From an uncultured cyanobacterium (GTDB lineage Bacteria; Cyanobacteriota; Cyanobacteriia; PCC-9006; JAAUQQ01): 64,000 nucleotides of DNA. Made by a program: the position numbers and the translations under genes. The notes below the pieces were generated by a model. That model saw only the letters and a list, made by a program, of their open reading frames with translations, was not told the DNA's origin and did no database searches. The DNA lies in contig OY970368.1 of assembly GCA_963718615.1 (NCBI GenBank), forward strand, positions 3,904,001 through 3,968,000, written 5' to 3'. Shown here in pieces: positions 8,833 through 18,475 of the stretch (its first letter is position 1; each line of letters opens with the position of its first letter).

Positions 8833-8886
8833 GAATGTCTGAAATGTCTGGTCTGCCTATTTTTAGCATCCCTCCAGCATACGGCA

Positions 8887-10620
8887 TTAGAAGGGCGTGG
8901 GGGAGTGGAAGGTGAGGGGGGATGAGGGGGTGAGGGAGTGAGGGGGGGGCTGAAAGCTTAGGGTTTTGGCGTGGAGCAGGAGGCGGGGCGGGGCGGAATC
9001 CAGGTGGGGATCGGAGGGGGAATTAGGGTGGAAATCAGCATGGGACAATCCGTAGAGGCGATCGCCCCCAATGGCACAACCTAACCCTTCCAGGCAATGA
9101 ACCCGCAGTTGATGGGTGCGTCCCGTCACTGGAACTAGCTCCAGACGAGTCAATCCAGGCCAGCGATCGAGCACACGAAACCGGGTGAGACTAGGTTTGC
9201 CTCGGTTCCAATCAACGGTTTGGCGGGGCCGGTCCTGGGGATCGCCCCAGAGGGGAAGGTTGATTTCGCCTTCGTCGAGCAAGACCGAACCGACGACGAT
9301 CGCTTCGTAAACTTTTTGCACTTGGCGCTGCTGAAACTGTTGGCTAAGCTGGCGATGGGTTTGGGGATCCTTGGCGAACAGGAGGATTCCGGAGGTGGCT
9401 TGGTCGAGGCGATGGACGGGAAGGAGGGTAGGACTGGGGTTAGGGCTGGGGTTAGGGCTGGGGTTAGCACTGGGGTTGGAACCATAATATTGGCGCAGGC
9501 GGCTGAGGGCACTGTCTTGGCGATCGCTCGTCCGTCCTGGGACAGAAAGCAACCCCGCAGGCTTGTCAATGGCGAGGCAAAACTCGTCTTCGTAGAGGAT
9601 GGGAAGCGTGAGGGAATGGATCGTTGGAAGCCCAGGAAGCCCACTGAGCAAAAATCCCATCAGGGGCTGACAGCGTTCTTCGCAGGCTCCGTAAAATTCT
9701 CCCTGGATTTTGTCGCTCAAACTGGGACCCCACCAGAACTCGGCGAGGGCGATCGCGTTCCACCCCTGGGTCGCAGCGTAATGCAACAGCTTCGGCGCAC
9801 AGCAGTCCCCTGTTCCCGTCGGCAATCCCTGGGGCATGAGCTGGGCCAGGGCAATGGATTGGCCCCCAAAATTGGTGAGGGAGTAGGCCGCGTGCATTTG
9901 GGTTTGGAGCTGGCGGGAGAGGGCTTTGCGCTGTTGCTTCATTTGGCGGATTTGGTCGTCGGCCTGGGCGATCGCCTGCCGCAGGGGTCCCAAAATCACC
10001 TCCCGTTCCCGCTTGAGGTTACGGCGTTCCATGCCATCGCGACGGCTTTCTTCCTCTAATTGTTCAAGGGGCCGGGTTTGGGCGGCGCGGCAGGCGGCGC
10101 GGTGGGCTTTGCGCTGTCGGTGGCGATCGCCCATTGTCTGGAGTCGGTGCTCAAATTCAGCGGACAGGCTTGCAAATTGCTCTCGCTCAGGAATTTGTTT
10201 CAGTCCAATTAGCGCTTGCTTGAGCTGGTCCAGTTGTGCCAATGTCTCGGCTTCCGCTGGGGCCACGCGATCGCGTCCCGGAATCGGCGGTACCCAGCCG
10301 GGGCGCTCGGCTTCGCCCGCCAGCAAGCCTGAAAAGGCTTTGAGAACTTGGCGATCGCCCGTTGCCGTTTCTGCCAGCAAAATCCCATACATTTTGCCTT
10401 CGCGCTGGAACATGGGGTCCTGGGCGAGTTCGGCCATGAGGTTTTGGGCGATCGCTTCCCCTTCCGCCGTCCGAGGCAGCCGCAGCAATTTGCCCGTTTG
10501 AGGACAAACCCCTTCATACCAATAGTTCGGTTCGTCACTCGCTATGATGAGGTCGTGCGATTTTTTGGCCCCGTCCATGCGTTTTCTTGCTGCCTGCTTC
10601 AGTCTCTTGCTCATTGGCAT
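8887..10620 (-). CDS. rluA: RluA-family pseudouridine synthase with a long N-terminal extension (start may be 10578)
   Basis: DKPAGLLSVPG, VHRLDQATSG and TGRTHQLRVH motifs. The N-terminal region has GKMYG, AFSGLL, a coiled coil and GDCCAPKLL. Confidence 0.9.
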   Translation of the reverse strand: MPMSKRLKQAARKRMDGAKKSHDLIIASDEPNYWYEGVCPQTGKLLRLPRTAEGEAIAQNLMAELAQDPMFQREGKMYGILLAETATGDRQVLKAFSGLLAGEAERPGWVPPIPGRDRVAPAEAETLAQLDQLKQALIGLKQIPEREQFASLSAEFEHRLQTMGDRHRQRKAHRAACRAAQTRPLEQLEEESRRDGMERRNLKREREVILGPLRQAIAQADDQIRQMKQQRKALSRQLQTQMHAAYSLTNFGGQSIALAQLMPQGLPTGTGDCCAPKLLHYAATQGWNAIALAEFWWGPSLSDKIQGEFYGACEERCQPLMGFLLSGLPGLPTIHSLTLPILYEDEFCLAIDKPAGLLSVPGRTSDRQDSALSRLRQYYGSNPSANPSPNPSPNPSPTLLPVHRLDQATSGILLFAKDPQTHRQLSQQFQQRQVQKVYEAIVVGSVLLDEGEINLPLWGDPQDRPRQTVDWNRGKPSLTRFRVLDRWPGLTRLELVPVTGRTHQLRVHCLEGLGCAIGGDRLYGLSHADFHPNSPSDPHLDSAPPRLLLHAKTLSFQPPPHSLTPSSPLTFHSPTPF

Positions 10621-11788
10621 TTTAGTTTGTGCAGGGGTTTCCCCGGCCTGGGCGGAGACCGATCGGCGATTTGCCCAGACCCTTTGTCTAGAATATTTGG
10701 ATGAATGGATTATTCCAGTCCAGGAGGTTGAGGGGACAACCGTTGGGGGGCTGTCGGCGATCGCCTACGACCGCACCCTAGGCAAGCTCTATGCCCTCTC
10801 TGATGAGCATGGCGGCGCTGAAACTCATTTTTACACGTTGGATCTGCAACTGGATGAATCCGGCGAACGGCCCAAGATTGGCGCGGTTACGGTAGAAGGG
10901 GTAACGTTTTTGACCGATGAGACGGGAAACCGCTACGGCGGCACCTTTGACCCCGAAGGCATGGCGCTGACGCCCCAGGGCACGCTCTATGTTGCCAGTG
11001 AAGGCTCACCCGCAGCGGGTTTGGCTCCAGGATTGACAGAATTTGATCTGAAAACGGGTCGACAACTCCGGGCTTTACCGGTGCCCAGCAAGTTTCAGCC
11101 CCAATTTGAAACACCGTCGGAGCCCGAGGTTACCGCTACCGATACAACACCTACACCCCCTGAACCCACTCCTCTCCCTAAACCCAGGCAAACCGCAGGA
11201 GTTCAAACCAATCAGGGATTTGAATCGCTCACCCTGGGTTTTACGGGAACTGCCGCCCATGAACCCATTCGCCTATTCACAGCAACGGAAGGCCCCCTCG
11301 TGCAAGACAAAACCGCAGGGAGTATCAATAGTACGCCCCGCAACCGTTTCCTGCATTACTACCTCGGGGAAGGTCCGCCGCTGTTGTTGGCAGAGCATCT
11401 TTATCAACTGGATACGGCTCCTGGAGCTATGATTCATGGGCTGAGTGAGCTGCTAGCGCTAGATGATAACGGGCATTTTTTGGCGTTGGAGCGATCGCTC
11501 ACTCCCCTTGGCTTCCAAATTAAACTGTTCCAAATCAGCCTCGCAGGGGCCAGCGACATTTCAACCCGACCCAGCCTGCGCGAAAATCTGCGGGGCGTTC
11601 AGCCCATGCAAAAACAGCTCCTACTCAATCTCAGCGACCTGGGGATTACCCTCGACAATTTAGAAGGCATGGCCTGGGGACCGCAGCTCGCCGACGGTAG
11701 CCGATCGCTGCTGATGATTAGCGATGACAATTTCAAATCCTTTGAGAAGACTCAGCTCTTGCTTTTTCGGGTTCAGCTTCAGCCCTAA
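10544..11788 (+). CDS. Esterase-like phytase-family secreted protein (start may be 10577)
   Basis: Signal-peptide-like N-terminus plus GGLSAI, DPEG, NQGFESL, DNLEG and SDDNF motifs. Confidence 0.88.
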   Translation: MMRSCDFLAPSMRFLAACFSLLLIGILVCAGVSPAWAETDRRFAQTLCLEYLDEWIIPVQEVEGTTVGGLSAIAYDRTLGKLYALSDEHGGAETHFYTLDLQLDESGERPKIGAVTVEGVTFLTDETGNRYGGTFDPEGMALTPQGTLYVASEGSPAAGLAPGLTEFDLKTGRQLRALPVPSKFQPQFETPSEPEVTATDTTPTPPEPTPLPKPRQTAGVQTNQGFESLTLGFTGTAAHEPIRLFTATEGPLVQDKTAGSINSTPRNRFLHYYLGEGPPLLLAEHLYQLDTAPGAMIHGLSELLALDDNGHFLALERSLTPLGFQIKLFQISLAGASDISTRPSLRENLRGVQPMQKQLLLNLSDLGITLDNLEGMAWGPQLADGSRSLLMISDDNFKSFEKTQLLLFRVQLQP

Positions 11789-11822
11789 ATCATTTGACTA
11801 CCTTTTGACCATAAGGATCTCT

Positions 11823-12449
11823 TCAAAGCTCATCCAAATAAAACCGATAAAGCTGATGATCCGCTGTAAAGGTTTCTTGATGGTGAAGCTGATACATTAG
11901 CTTTTCATCGATGAGGCGCTGGGCCAGGGCCTGGGATTCTTCTGGGGTCAATTGGTAATGTCGCTGGAGCCAAGCGAGCAGATCATGGCCCTGAAAACAG
12001 GACTTGTAGCGCTTGAGACCCTGGCGGCGATCGCCAATCCGAAAGTCCCTTGAAAGATGCAAATCCTGCGAGAGCCGTTCTAGGTTAATCTGGGCAATCT
12101 GAAGCCGCTGGAACCGTTCTTGACTACATGGAGTCAATTCTGGATCCTCCTGCCACACTGTCCATTGGGTTCGGCAACGCACAATCAAAACCAGCAGGTT
12201 TTCCTTCGTTTCTTTGAGTTTCTGCAAAGCGGTCTGCCGAGCATTCGCCTCCCGCTCCAGCGAATAACTTGCCACTTGAAAAAAAAGCTTATCTTGATAG
12301 CTCACCCCATTGAGAACCATCTCATCAAAAATATTGTGACGCATCACCCGACAAGGTTCGATCTGGGTTTCTTGTAGCAGTAACATCACCAAACGGCTCC
12401 CGCTTGAAGTAGGTAGATCGTCAAGGTTGGTTTCAACTCCAACAATCAC
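11823..12449 (-). CDS. Hypothetical protein with a C-terminal DEP domain
   Basis: IGDRRQGLKRYKSCFQGHDLLAWL...ALAQRLIDEKL...F....LYRF matches the DEP pattern. Confidence 0.78.
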   Translation of the reverse strand: MIVGVETNLDDLPTSSGSRLVMLLLQETQIEPCRVMRHNIFDEMVLNGVSYQDKLFFQVASYSLEREANARQTALQKLKETKENLLVLIVRCRTQWTVWQEDPELTPCSQERFQRLQIAQINLERLSQDLHLSRDFRIGDRRQGLKRYKSCFQGHDLLAWLQRHYQLTPEESQALAQRLIDEKLMYQLHHQETFTADHQLYRFYLDEL

Positions 12450-12629
12450 ATCTCTTACTAAGAGGTTCTATACAAAACTTCAAAGTCTGGAAAATCTCTA
12501 GTCAAGTCTAAGAAATCCCGTATTTTCAAGGAAATTCAAAACCCGTGTCTCTAGGGGAGCTAGCCACTCCCCAATCAGCACAGTTGTCAAACCCAGGATA
12601 AATCCGCTACTGAGGTCCAGGAGTGAAGC

Positions 12630-15446
12630 TCAACTCCCCAGTAAAGGCGCGTTCAGGACCTTTTCGATCCGGACTACAATATCTTCGCAATGGGCTAGGG
12701 TGGTGCGATCCTGAGTTCGGCGCGCTGCCGTTTGGACTTCGCTCCGTAGCTGCTGGAGTTGCGATCGCGCCAAGGCCCTCGCATCCTCCGGTGCATTCAT
12801 CGTCAACATCGCCGATAACCAATCGGCTAAGCTCACCGCCTCCTGGGCTGCGGTTTTATTGCGCAGGGTCATGTTGCTGAGGATGGCCAAGTGCTGACGT
12901 TGCAGACCACGCTGCAAGGCTGAGATCTGGGGACGGCCCTCTAGGGTGCTGGTCCAAATCGTGTCGTGGAGCGTGGTAAACAGCTCTTCTAGCGTCAGCG
13001 TTTCACGCTGGGATTGCCGCAGTTCATCATCCCGTAGACGCGCGAGGCGATCGCCCGAGAGCAGATCACTCAGCATGTAGGTTTGGAACAGCAAAATCTG
13101 GTCATAGAAGGGATAATCCACTTCCAAGCTGGGATATTGTCCCCAGTGATACCAGCGAGCCGAGGGCAACTTATTAAGCAGTTGAGATGGCAACTCGAAC
13201 GCCGATGCATTAAACACATGGGTTTTAAGTGCCTGAAGCGCTTGGCGCTGCTGCTCCAACGGGACCGGTCCCAGGGGCAACTGTCCTGGTGCATCTCCGG
13301 CGCGGTAGCGGTTAAACTGACGCCCACCAATATAGTTATTCAGCACCACCGCATTTTGAATGTAGTGGTCGAGCAACAAATCAAATTGCTGGCGCAGATC
13401 GCTGTAGCTTTTGCCCACTCCAGGCCCTCGAAGATTGAGTTTTTCCCACAACTCACGGGTTTGAGTCAGACGAGTTTGATTGTAGGTGAGCAGGTCGCTG
13501 CTGAGATCAAAGCGATTGATGCGAGGATCAACGCCAGCCATGGCATCTTCATCGGTGGCATAGGCCAAGCCTGGCTCGGCAGCACGGCTTGCAATCTGTT
13601 CTAGCTCCCGGCGCTGGGCGAGGGGAGAGTCCTGTAAGGGTTTGTAACCGTATTCGATCGCCCATTCATCATAGGGACCAATTCTCTGAGGAAAGTAATC
13701 TCCCTGTTGCCCACCCTCGGGCGCAAGGTTCACCGGTACATAGTCCATCACCGAGGCCACCATGCCCTTCTGGGCCACAATCTCAGGATTTTGCAGTTCC
13801 TCCGGCGAAAGCCAGGTACTGCCCTGGAAATTGTGCCGCAGTCCGAGCAAATGGCCGACTTCGTGGGCAATTAAACTCGACAGAAACTGATGCATATAGG
13901 TTTTTGCCGCATCGCTACTGGGCAAGACCTGTTGGAAGGTGGAGAGGGCAAGGGAGCCATAGGCGAGCTGTTGGGTGGAGAGGGGACCGAGACAGCGATC
14001 GCCCTCTCGAAACTGACTTTCTTCCGATCTAGTTTGAAGACGAGGCGATTGTTTTCCCTCCCGCAGCCCCTGGAAATCAAAGGTTGAAGGGCAGTAATCA
14101 TCATTTTTTCCGCCCAGGCGTTGCCACAGAAGTTGACCAAAGGCAGAAGGATGCAGTGTGTCAAACTCCTGGCGGGTATAGCGCACCAAATTTGCTCCCA
14201 CCAAAATATCACCGTCTAAAATTTGCCCATTAAAGGGATCAACTCGAGACGGCCCCAGGGCAAAACCGCCCTCCACCGCGTCAAACCAGCGAATGGTGTT
14301 GTAGCGAATATCTGCCGGGTCCCAATCGGCATTGTCGGGCATTTGTCGGACTTCGATGGCGTCCTTAAAGCCAATTTTTTCAAAGGCCCGATTCCACATC
14401 AAGGCTCCATCCCGAAAGGCAGCACGATACTCCTGGGGAACGGTGTTTTCAATCCAAAGCACAATCGGTTGTTTGGGGGGAGACAGGGCGGCACTGGGCT
14501 CAGCCTTTTCTAGCCTCCAACGGTTGATATAGCGAACAAAGGGATCTCGCTGTTCCCGCGCGGAAACATCTCGGTAGGCTGTAATAAAATAGCCAATCCG
14601 CTCATCCGCCAAACGGGGCTGGTAGCCGTTGTTCCAAGGCAATTGCGACAGACTGTAGTGAACCCCTAGGGTCAGGGCGCTGCTATCCGGCAATGACGAA
14701 AACTGGAGCCAACTTTCCCGACTGCCGCCCTTAAAGTTATAGCTAGCATCCAACTCCAGATTGTGCGGTAGGTTCTGAATCCCCTTGAGATAAAACTGCT
14801 CCTGATCCGGCGCGTAGCCGGTGGCCTGTAGCACAGGCATAAGCGCACTTAGAGCTACAGGCTCCCGCAAAAATAGCGGGCTCACATCCACCAACAAGCT
14901 TTGACGTTCAGGATGGGTGGCAATAATGGGCAAGCTGTAGAGCACCGAATCACTAAACGAATCCTTGAGAAATTTCTGGAGGGGGTCGTCCGGGTTACTC
15001 CGAAAATAGAGGTTGGGCACAACCACCTGGACCGTATTGTTGACGTTACGCAACGTGAAGGGAAAGTCCTGGAGCGGCATACCCCGATAGAGGCCAAATT
15101 CCCCCACACCGCTGCCTAGGGTGGTGGCCATCAAATAGTAGCGGTTGAGTTGGTCGGGCTGGATTTCGGCGAGGAGTTTGTTTTTTTTGCGATCGCGATA
15201 CAGCTTCAAAAAGCCATCCACGACCTCCAGTTTTTGGGTCGCCGTGGCAAAATCGACTTCCGGTGAGGCTTTATCTTCCTCATCCGCTGCTTCGCGGGCC
15301 GTATCCGTTTCCTCTGCTCGAACTTCTATCTCGGTCGGGGGATCAGCCGCCCAAAGGGGCGTGAAAACTAGGCTACTGCTTAAGGTGAGAAGCAAACTCA
15401 GACAAAGCGCCACCCAGAAAGAACGTTTACCCATGGGAGATGTCAC
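12630..15446 (-). CDS. Secreted zinc-dependent metalloprotease (DUF5117/DUF4953, EcxA-like)
   Basis: Signal peptide, PRLADERIGYF, HEVGHLLGLRH zinc motif and the SVMDY Met-turn. Confidence 0.92.
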   Translation of the reverse strand: MTSPMGKRSFWVALCLSLLLTLSSSLVFTPLWAADPPTEIEVRAEETDTAREAADEEDKASPEVDFATATQKLEVVDGFLKLYRDRKKNKLLAEIQPDQLNRYYLMATTLGSGVGEFGLYRGMPLQDFPFTLRNVNNTVQVVVPNLYFRSNPDDPLQKFLKDSFSDSVLYSLPIIATHPERQSLLVDVSPLFLREPVALSALMPVLQATGYAPDQEQFYLKGIQNLPHNLELDASYNFKGGSRESWLQFSSLPDSSALTLGVHYSLSQLPWNNGYQPRLADERIGYFITAYRDVSAREQRDPFVRYINRWRLEKAEPSAALSPPKQPIVLWIENTVPQEYRAAFRDGALMWNRAFEKIGFKDAIEVRQMPDNADWDPADIRYNTIRWFDAVEGGFALGPSRVDPFNGQILDGDILVGANLVRYTRQEFDTLHPSAFGQLLWQRLGGKNDDYCPSTFDFQGLREGKQSPRLQTRSEESQFREGDRCLGPLSTQQLAYGSLALSTFQQVLPSSDAAKTYMHQFLSSLIAHEVGHLLGLRHNFQGSTWLSPEELQNPEIVAQKGMVASVMDYVPVNLAPEGGQQGDYFPQRIGPYDEWAIEYGYKPLQDSPLAQRRELEQIASRAAEPGLAYATDEDAMAGVDPRINRFDLSSDLLTYNQTRLTQTRELWEKLNLRGPGVGKSYSDLRQQFDLLLDHYIQNAVVLNNYIGGRQFNRYRAGDAPGQLPLGPVPLEQQRQALQALKTHVFNASAFELPSQLLNKLPSARWYHWGQYPSLEVDYPFYDQILLFQTYMLSDLLSGDRLARLRDDELRQSQRETLTLEELFTTLHDTIWTSTLEGRPQISALQRGLQRQHLAILSNMTLRNKTAAQEAVSLADWLSAMLTMNAPEDARALARSQLQQLRSEVQTAARRTQDRTTLAHCEDIVVRIEKVLNAPLLGS

Positions 15447-15638
15447 CGAAATACCACCGGAATGTCCTTTCTATTTTGACAGGAGAATCCGTTTTCTTGA
15501 GATCGGGACAGAAATGTGGCGCGATAGTTTTATTTTTGCTTATCGTGAGAATTTATGTGAACTTTTTGGAGGACAGAAAGAATCTTCCTGTTTTTCATAC
15601 AACAATCTACGCAAGTATCAAGTATATTTAACGATTCA

Positions 15639-15767
15639 AACCTCACCGAAATCCTCGACGGCACCTTCACCCTCAACGCCGACGGCCTCAGCAGCAGCAT
15701 CACCGCCACCGACCTCCCTGGCCTCATCAAAGAAGAAACTAACGGAGGCGGCGTCACCCTCGTCTAA
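15639..15767 (+). pseudogene. Orphan 3' gene fragment
   Basis: The stretch NLTEILDGTFTLNADGLSSSITATDLPGLIKEETNGGGVTLV* has strongly coding-like C-ending codons but no start. A diverged copy of its tail (EANGGVVTLA*) lies near 17349-17381. Confidence 0.5.
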
Positions 15768-15776
15768 AGTCGCCGC

Positions 15777-15816
15777 AGCCTCAATACCGAGGCTTACAAT
15801 CCGAAAAACTCAGGGC
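15777..15816. repeat. 40-bp direct repeat, copy 1
   Basis: AGCCTCAATACCGAGGCTTACAATCCGAAAAACTCAGGGC is identical to 17391-17430. Confidence 0.95.
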
Positions 15817-15999
15817 CTCACCCTCTAAAAACCCGGCCAACGCCATCTCCAACACCGCCTCAACTGGATAATCAATTTCAGCCGCTCGCCGCTCAAACGC
15901 TGCCCGAATCGGCTCCGGCAAAGCCACCAGAATCATACGGGCCACGATCGGACTGAGATGTTCAGTCGTTTCTGGTTGCGCGATCGGTACCATGGTCAT
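15781..15999 (-). CDS. Small cyanobacterial hypothetical protein (about 72 aa, MMTMVPIAQ...KPRY)
   Basis: 3' part of ORF 15781..16083, with a GAGGGA RBS-like sequence upstream. The upstream 28 codons appear to belong to a toxin remnant. Confidence 0.65.
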   Translation of the reverse strand: MTMVPIAQPETTEHLSPIVARMILVALPEPIRAAFERRAAEIDYPVEAVLEMALAGFLEGEALSFSDCKPRY

Positions 16000-16029
16000 C
16001 ATCAATCCCTCATGGGTATACGAGCATTG

Positions 16030-16363
16030 TATGGTGGTCCACTGCGGCGACGTATCAGAGATGACGATCATGCAGTCAAGCATTGGTCTGCATCAAGGGA
16101 TTGGAGCGTTCGGCGATCGCGCGCAAAATCCGTTTCGTCATAGAGCAGCTCACCCCCCGCAGCTTGCAAAAAAGCATCCAATTCCAACATCATGCTAAAC
16201 CAACAACTCCTTCAATCGCCCTGCACTCAGCAATGCATTTTGGTAAGCATGAATCAGCAAAAGCTCCAAACACTGGCGCTCCAGAGTGCCCCCAGCACCA
16301 CCCCAAGCAGACTGCATTTCTTTGGGCAATCTCATCAGGAATTTCAAGCGTAATTTTCATCGT
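16030..16363 (-). pseudogene. Decayed UPF0175-type antitoxin plus the stub of a DUF3368/PIN toxin
   Basis: Pieces in different frames read MKITLEIPDEIAQ..., LELLLIHAYQNALLSAGRLKELL and ELDAFLQAAGGELLYDETDFARDRRTL. They overlap (ATGA) with MIVISDTSP, which breaks off after about 10 codons. Confidence 0.7.
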
Positions 16364-16460
16364 TTGACCCATTCCTTCCAACGTCAAAGGGTTGCAGCAA
16401 GTTTTTCGCAGCAGGCGTTAGTCACTTCATTTTAGCTTCTACGGGCCTTCCCTACTTGGC

Positions 16461-17231
16461 TCAGAGGATTGTGTCTGGATCGACACCGAGGCTACGCAGA
16501 TGCTCTGCCAACCGCTCCGCCCGCTGCCGCTCCTCCGCTGCCACCTGCTCCGCCTGCGATCGCAACTGCTCCGACTCCGCATAGGTTAACAACTGCGCTC
16601 CCGTAGCGGGATCAAACAATCGCAACTCCCGCGTTAGCGGACCTATCGGTGACGGCAAAAACGAAGTGGTAGAAGGCGGCAGCAATCGAAGATCCAGACC
16701 CAAAACCCGGCTCGACAAAGACACCGTCCCATCCGCTAAAGTATGGGCCTCGATCGGCTCATACCCCCCATTAACCGACTCCCCATTTACTGACAGCCTT
16801 TGCCCCTTAAGCTGCGGCTGAAGATAGTCCCCCGTCGGATCATACTGAAAATATTCTTGAACCCCGAGCTGACGATATAACTCTGGCTTTGTCTCTTCAT
16901 CCTGCTTCTTCGTACTTTTAGATGTCAGCTCCAAAATGAACGACGGTAGCTTGCCACCCTCCTGCCAAGCCTTATAGCTTCGCCGCTCCCGATTATTCAC
17001 CCCAAAAATGACAAAGACATCGGGCGAGATAGTCTGACTCGGTTGTCCTTGCTCATAGTAGATAAACAAATTTCCAGAGACATAAACCCGTGGCCGACTC
17101 TGAAAAAATAGTTGTAACGCCGCAATGCAGTACACCATGTAATTTCGTGTTGCATCACTTTCCGTCATGGGCTGACCATCCGTTTCTGGATATTCAATTG
17201 GGGCAAAGGGCGCACGCGGCTGCTGAACCAT
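16461..17231 (-). CDS. Uma2-family putative endonuclease
   Basis: YPETDGQPMTE, SPDVFV, FILELTSKST, GVQEYFQYDP and the AERLAEHLRSLGVDP tail. Confidence 0.93.
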   Translation of the reverse strand: MVQQPRAPFAPIEYPETDGQPMTESDATRNYMVYCIAALQLFFQSRPRVYVSGNLFIYYEQGQPSQTISPDVFVIFGVNNRERRSYKAWQEGGKLPSFILELTSKSTKKQDEETKPELYRQLGVQEYFQYDPTGDYLQPQLKGQRLSVNGESVNGGYEPIEAHTLADGTVSLSSRVLGLDLRLLPPSTTSFLPSPIGPLTRELRLFDPATGAQLLTYAESEQLRSQAEQVAAEERQRAERLAEHLRSLGVDPDTIL

Positions 17232-17390
17232 AGAACTTGGGGCTCGTTGCTAGACGGCACTGCAAGGACAATCGAGCAAAAAGTGTTCGGAAAGTCTATC
17301 ACCATTGTATCGCTAGCTCATGTATTGTCAGTAAAGAAACCCCGATTGGAGGCCAATGGAGGCGTCGTTACCCTTGCATGAAGTAGCCAT

Positions 17391-17430
17391 AGCCTCAATA
17401 CCGAGGCTTACAATCCGAAAAACTCAGGGC
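17391..17430. repeat. 40-bp direct repeat, copy 2
   Basis: Identical to 15777-15816. Confidence 0.95.
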
Positions 17431-17486
17431 TCCTCTAAGGCTTATTTCTGACCATGCATACATCCTCTCAGGCCCCTCATTCATCG

Positions 17487-18329
17487 CTAGTTGGCATAGC
17501 GCAAAATCGCCCGAGGATCATAAATTTTCTCTAGGATTTCCGTGGGGATAGGTAAGGGATTATCAGCCATATTTAACATCACTAATCGTTTTAAGCAGCG
17601 CAAGACCGGCGGCAATCCTGTAAAATAATTATCCGAAACGTAGAGCTCACAAAGATTGGATAAACGGGCGATCGCCCCCGGCAAACATTCCAAACGATTG
17701 TGACTCAAATTTAGCCATTCAAGCTGCTGTAACTGAGCCAATTCAGTAGGAACTCGGGCAATCTCATTACAACTTAAATCTAGGCGTTGGAGTTTGGGCA
17801 AATAGGTGAGCAGCGTGGGCAATACCGTCAGTTGATTGCCACTGGCCGAAAGGACTTCCAATTGGGTTAATCCGGCTAGGGCATCGGGCAAGGCGCTGAG
17901 ACGGTTGCAGTTAAGATTTAGATGGGTGAGTTGTTGCAATTGGCCGATCGCCTGGGGCAATTCTGTGAGTTGATTAAACCCGAGCGACAACCAGCGCAAA
18001 TCGAGGAGACGGGCGATCGCTCCCGGCAACACCGCAACCTGATTATCTCCCAGATAAAGCTCCTGCAATCCCGCCAATTCAAACACCACCGCTGGCACCA
18101 CTGCAAAGCCATTCAGCATCAAATCCAAACGTTTGAGACCTCGCAATTGTCCTAAGGCCAGGGGCAAATCCTGTAGCTGGTTATCGCTGAGATTGAGACT
18201 TTCGAGCTGGGTCAAGGCCAAAACCTCGCGAGGGAGCTCCGTCAGCCCCAAACTTGACAAATCTAATTCCGTCGCGCCGGTTTGGGCCGCTTGGGCAATG
18301 AGGGGGAGAGGATCATCCAGGAGAAACAT
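17487..18329 (-). CDS. Leucine-rich repeat protein
   Basis: About 10-11 23-aa LxxLxLxxNxLxxLP repeats. Confidence 0.93.
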   Translation of the reverse strand: MFLLDDPLPLIAQAAQTGATELDLSSLGLTELPREVLALTQLESLNLSDNQLQDLPLALGQLRGLKRLDLMLNGFAVVPAVVFELAGLQELYLGDNQVAVLPGAIARLLDLRWLSLGFNQLTELPQAIGQLQQLTHLNLNCNRLSALPDALAGLTQLEVLSASGNQLTVLPTLLTYLPKLQRLDLSCNEIARVPTELAQLQQLEWLNLSHNRLECLPGAIARLSNLCELYVSDNYFTGLPPVLRCLKRLVMLNMADNPLPIPTEILEKIYDPRAILRYAN

Positions 18330-18475
18330 ACGAGGCTTAGGGGAAGGCTGTTGCCAGAGGGTAACACAGGAGCGAACCGGGCGGGGATGGCGATCCCAAT
18401 TCGATCCGCATTCGCTTAACTGCTTTCACCCGTCTCGCCATAGATGTACCAGCATCTGAAAATCTGAGATCCGTA

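Noticed and set aside
15145-15828. 227-aa Ser-rich plus-strand ORF
   Set aside because: It is antisense to the metalloprotease 5' end and out of frame with the coding-like fragment at 15639-15767.
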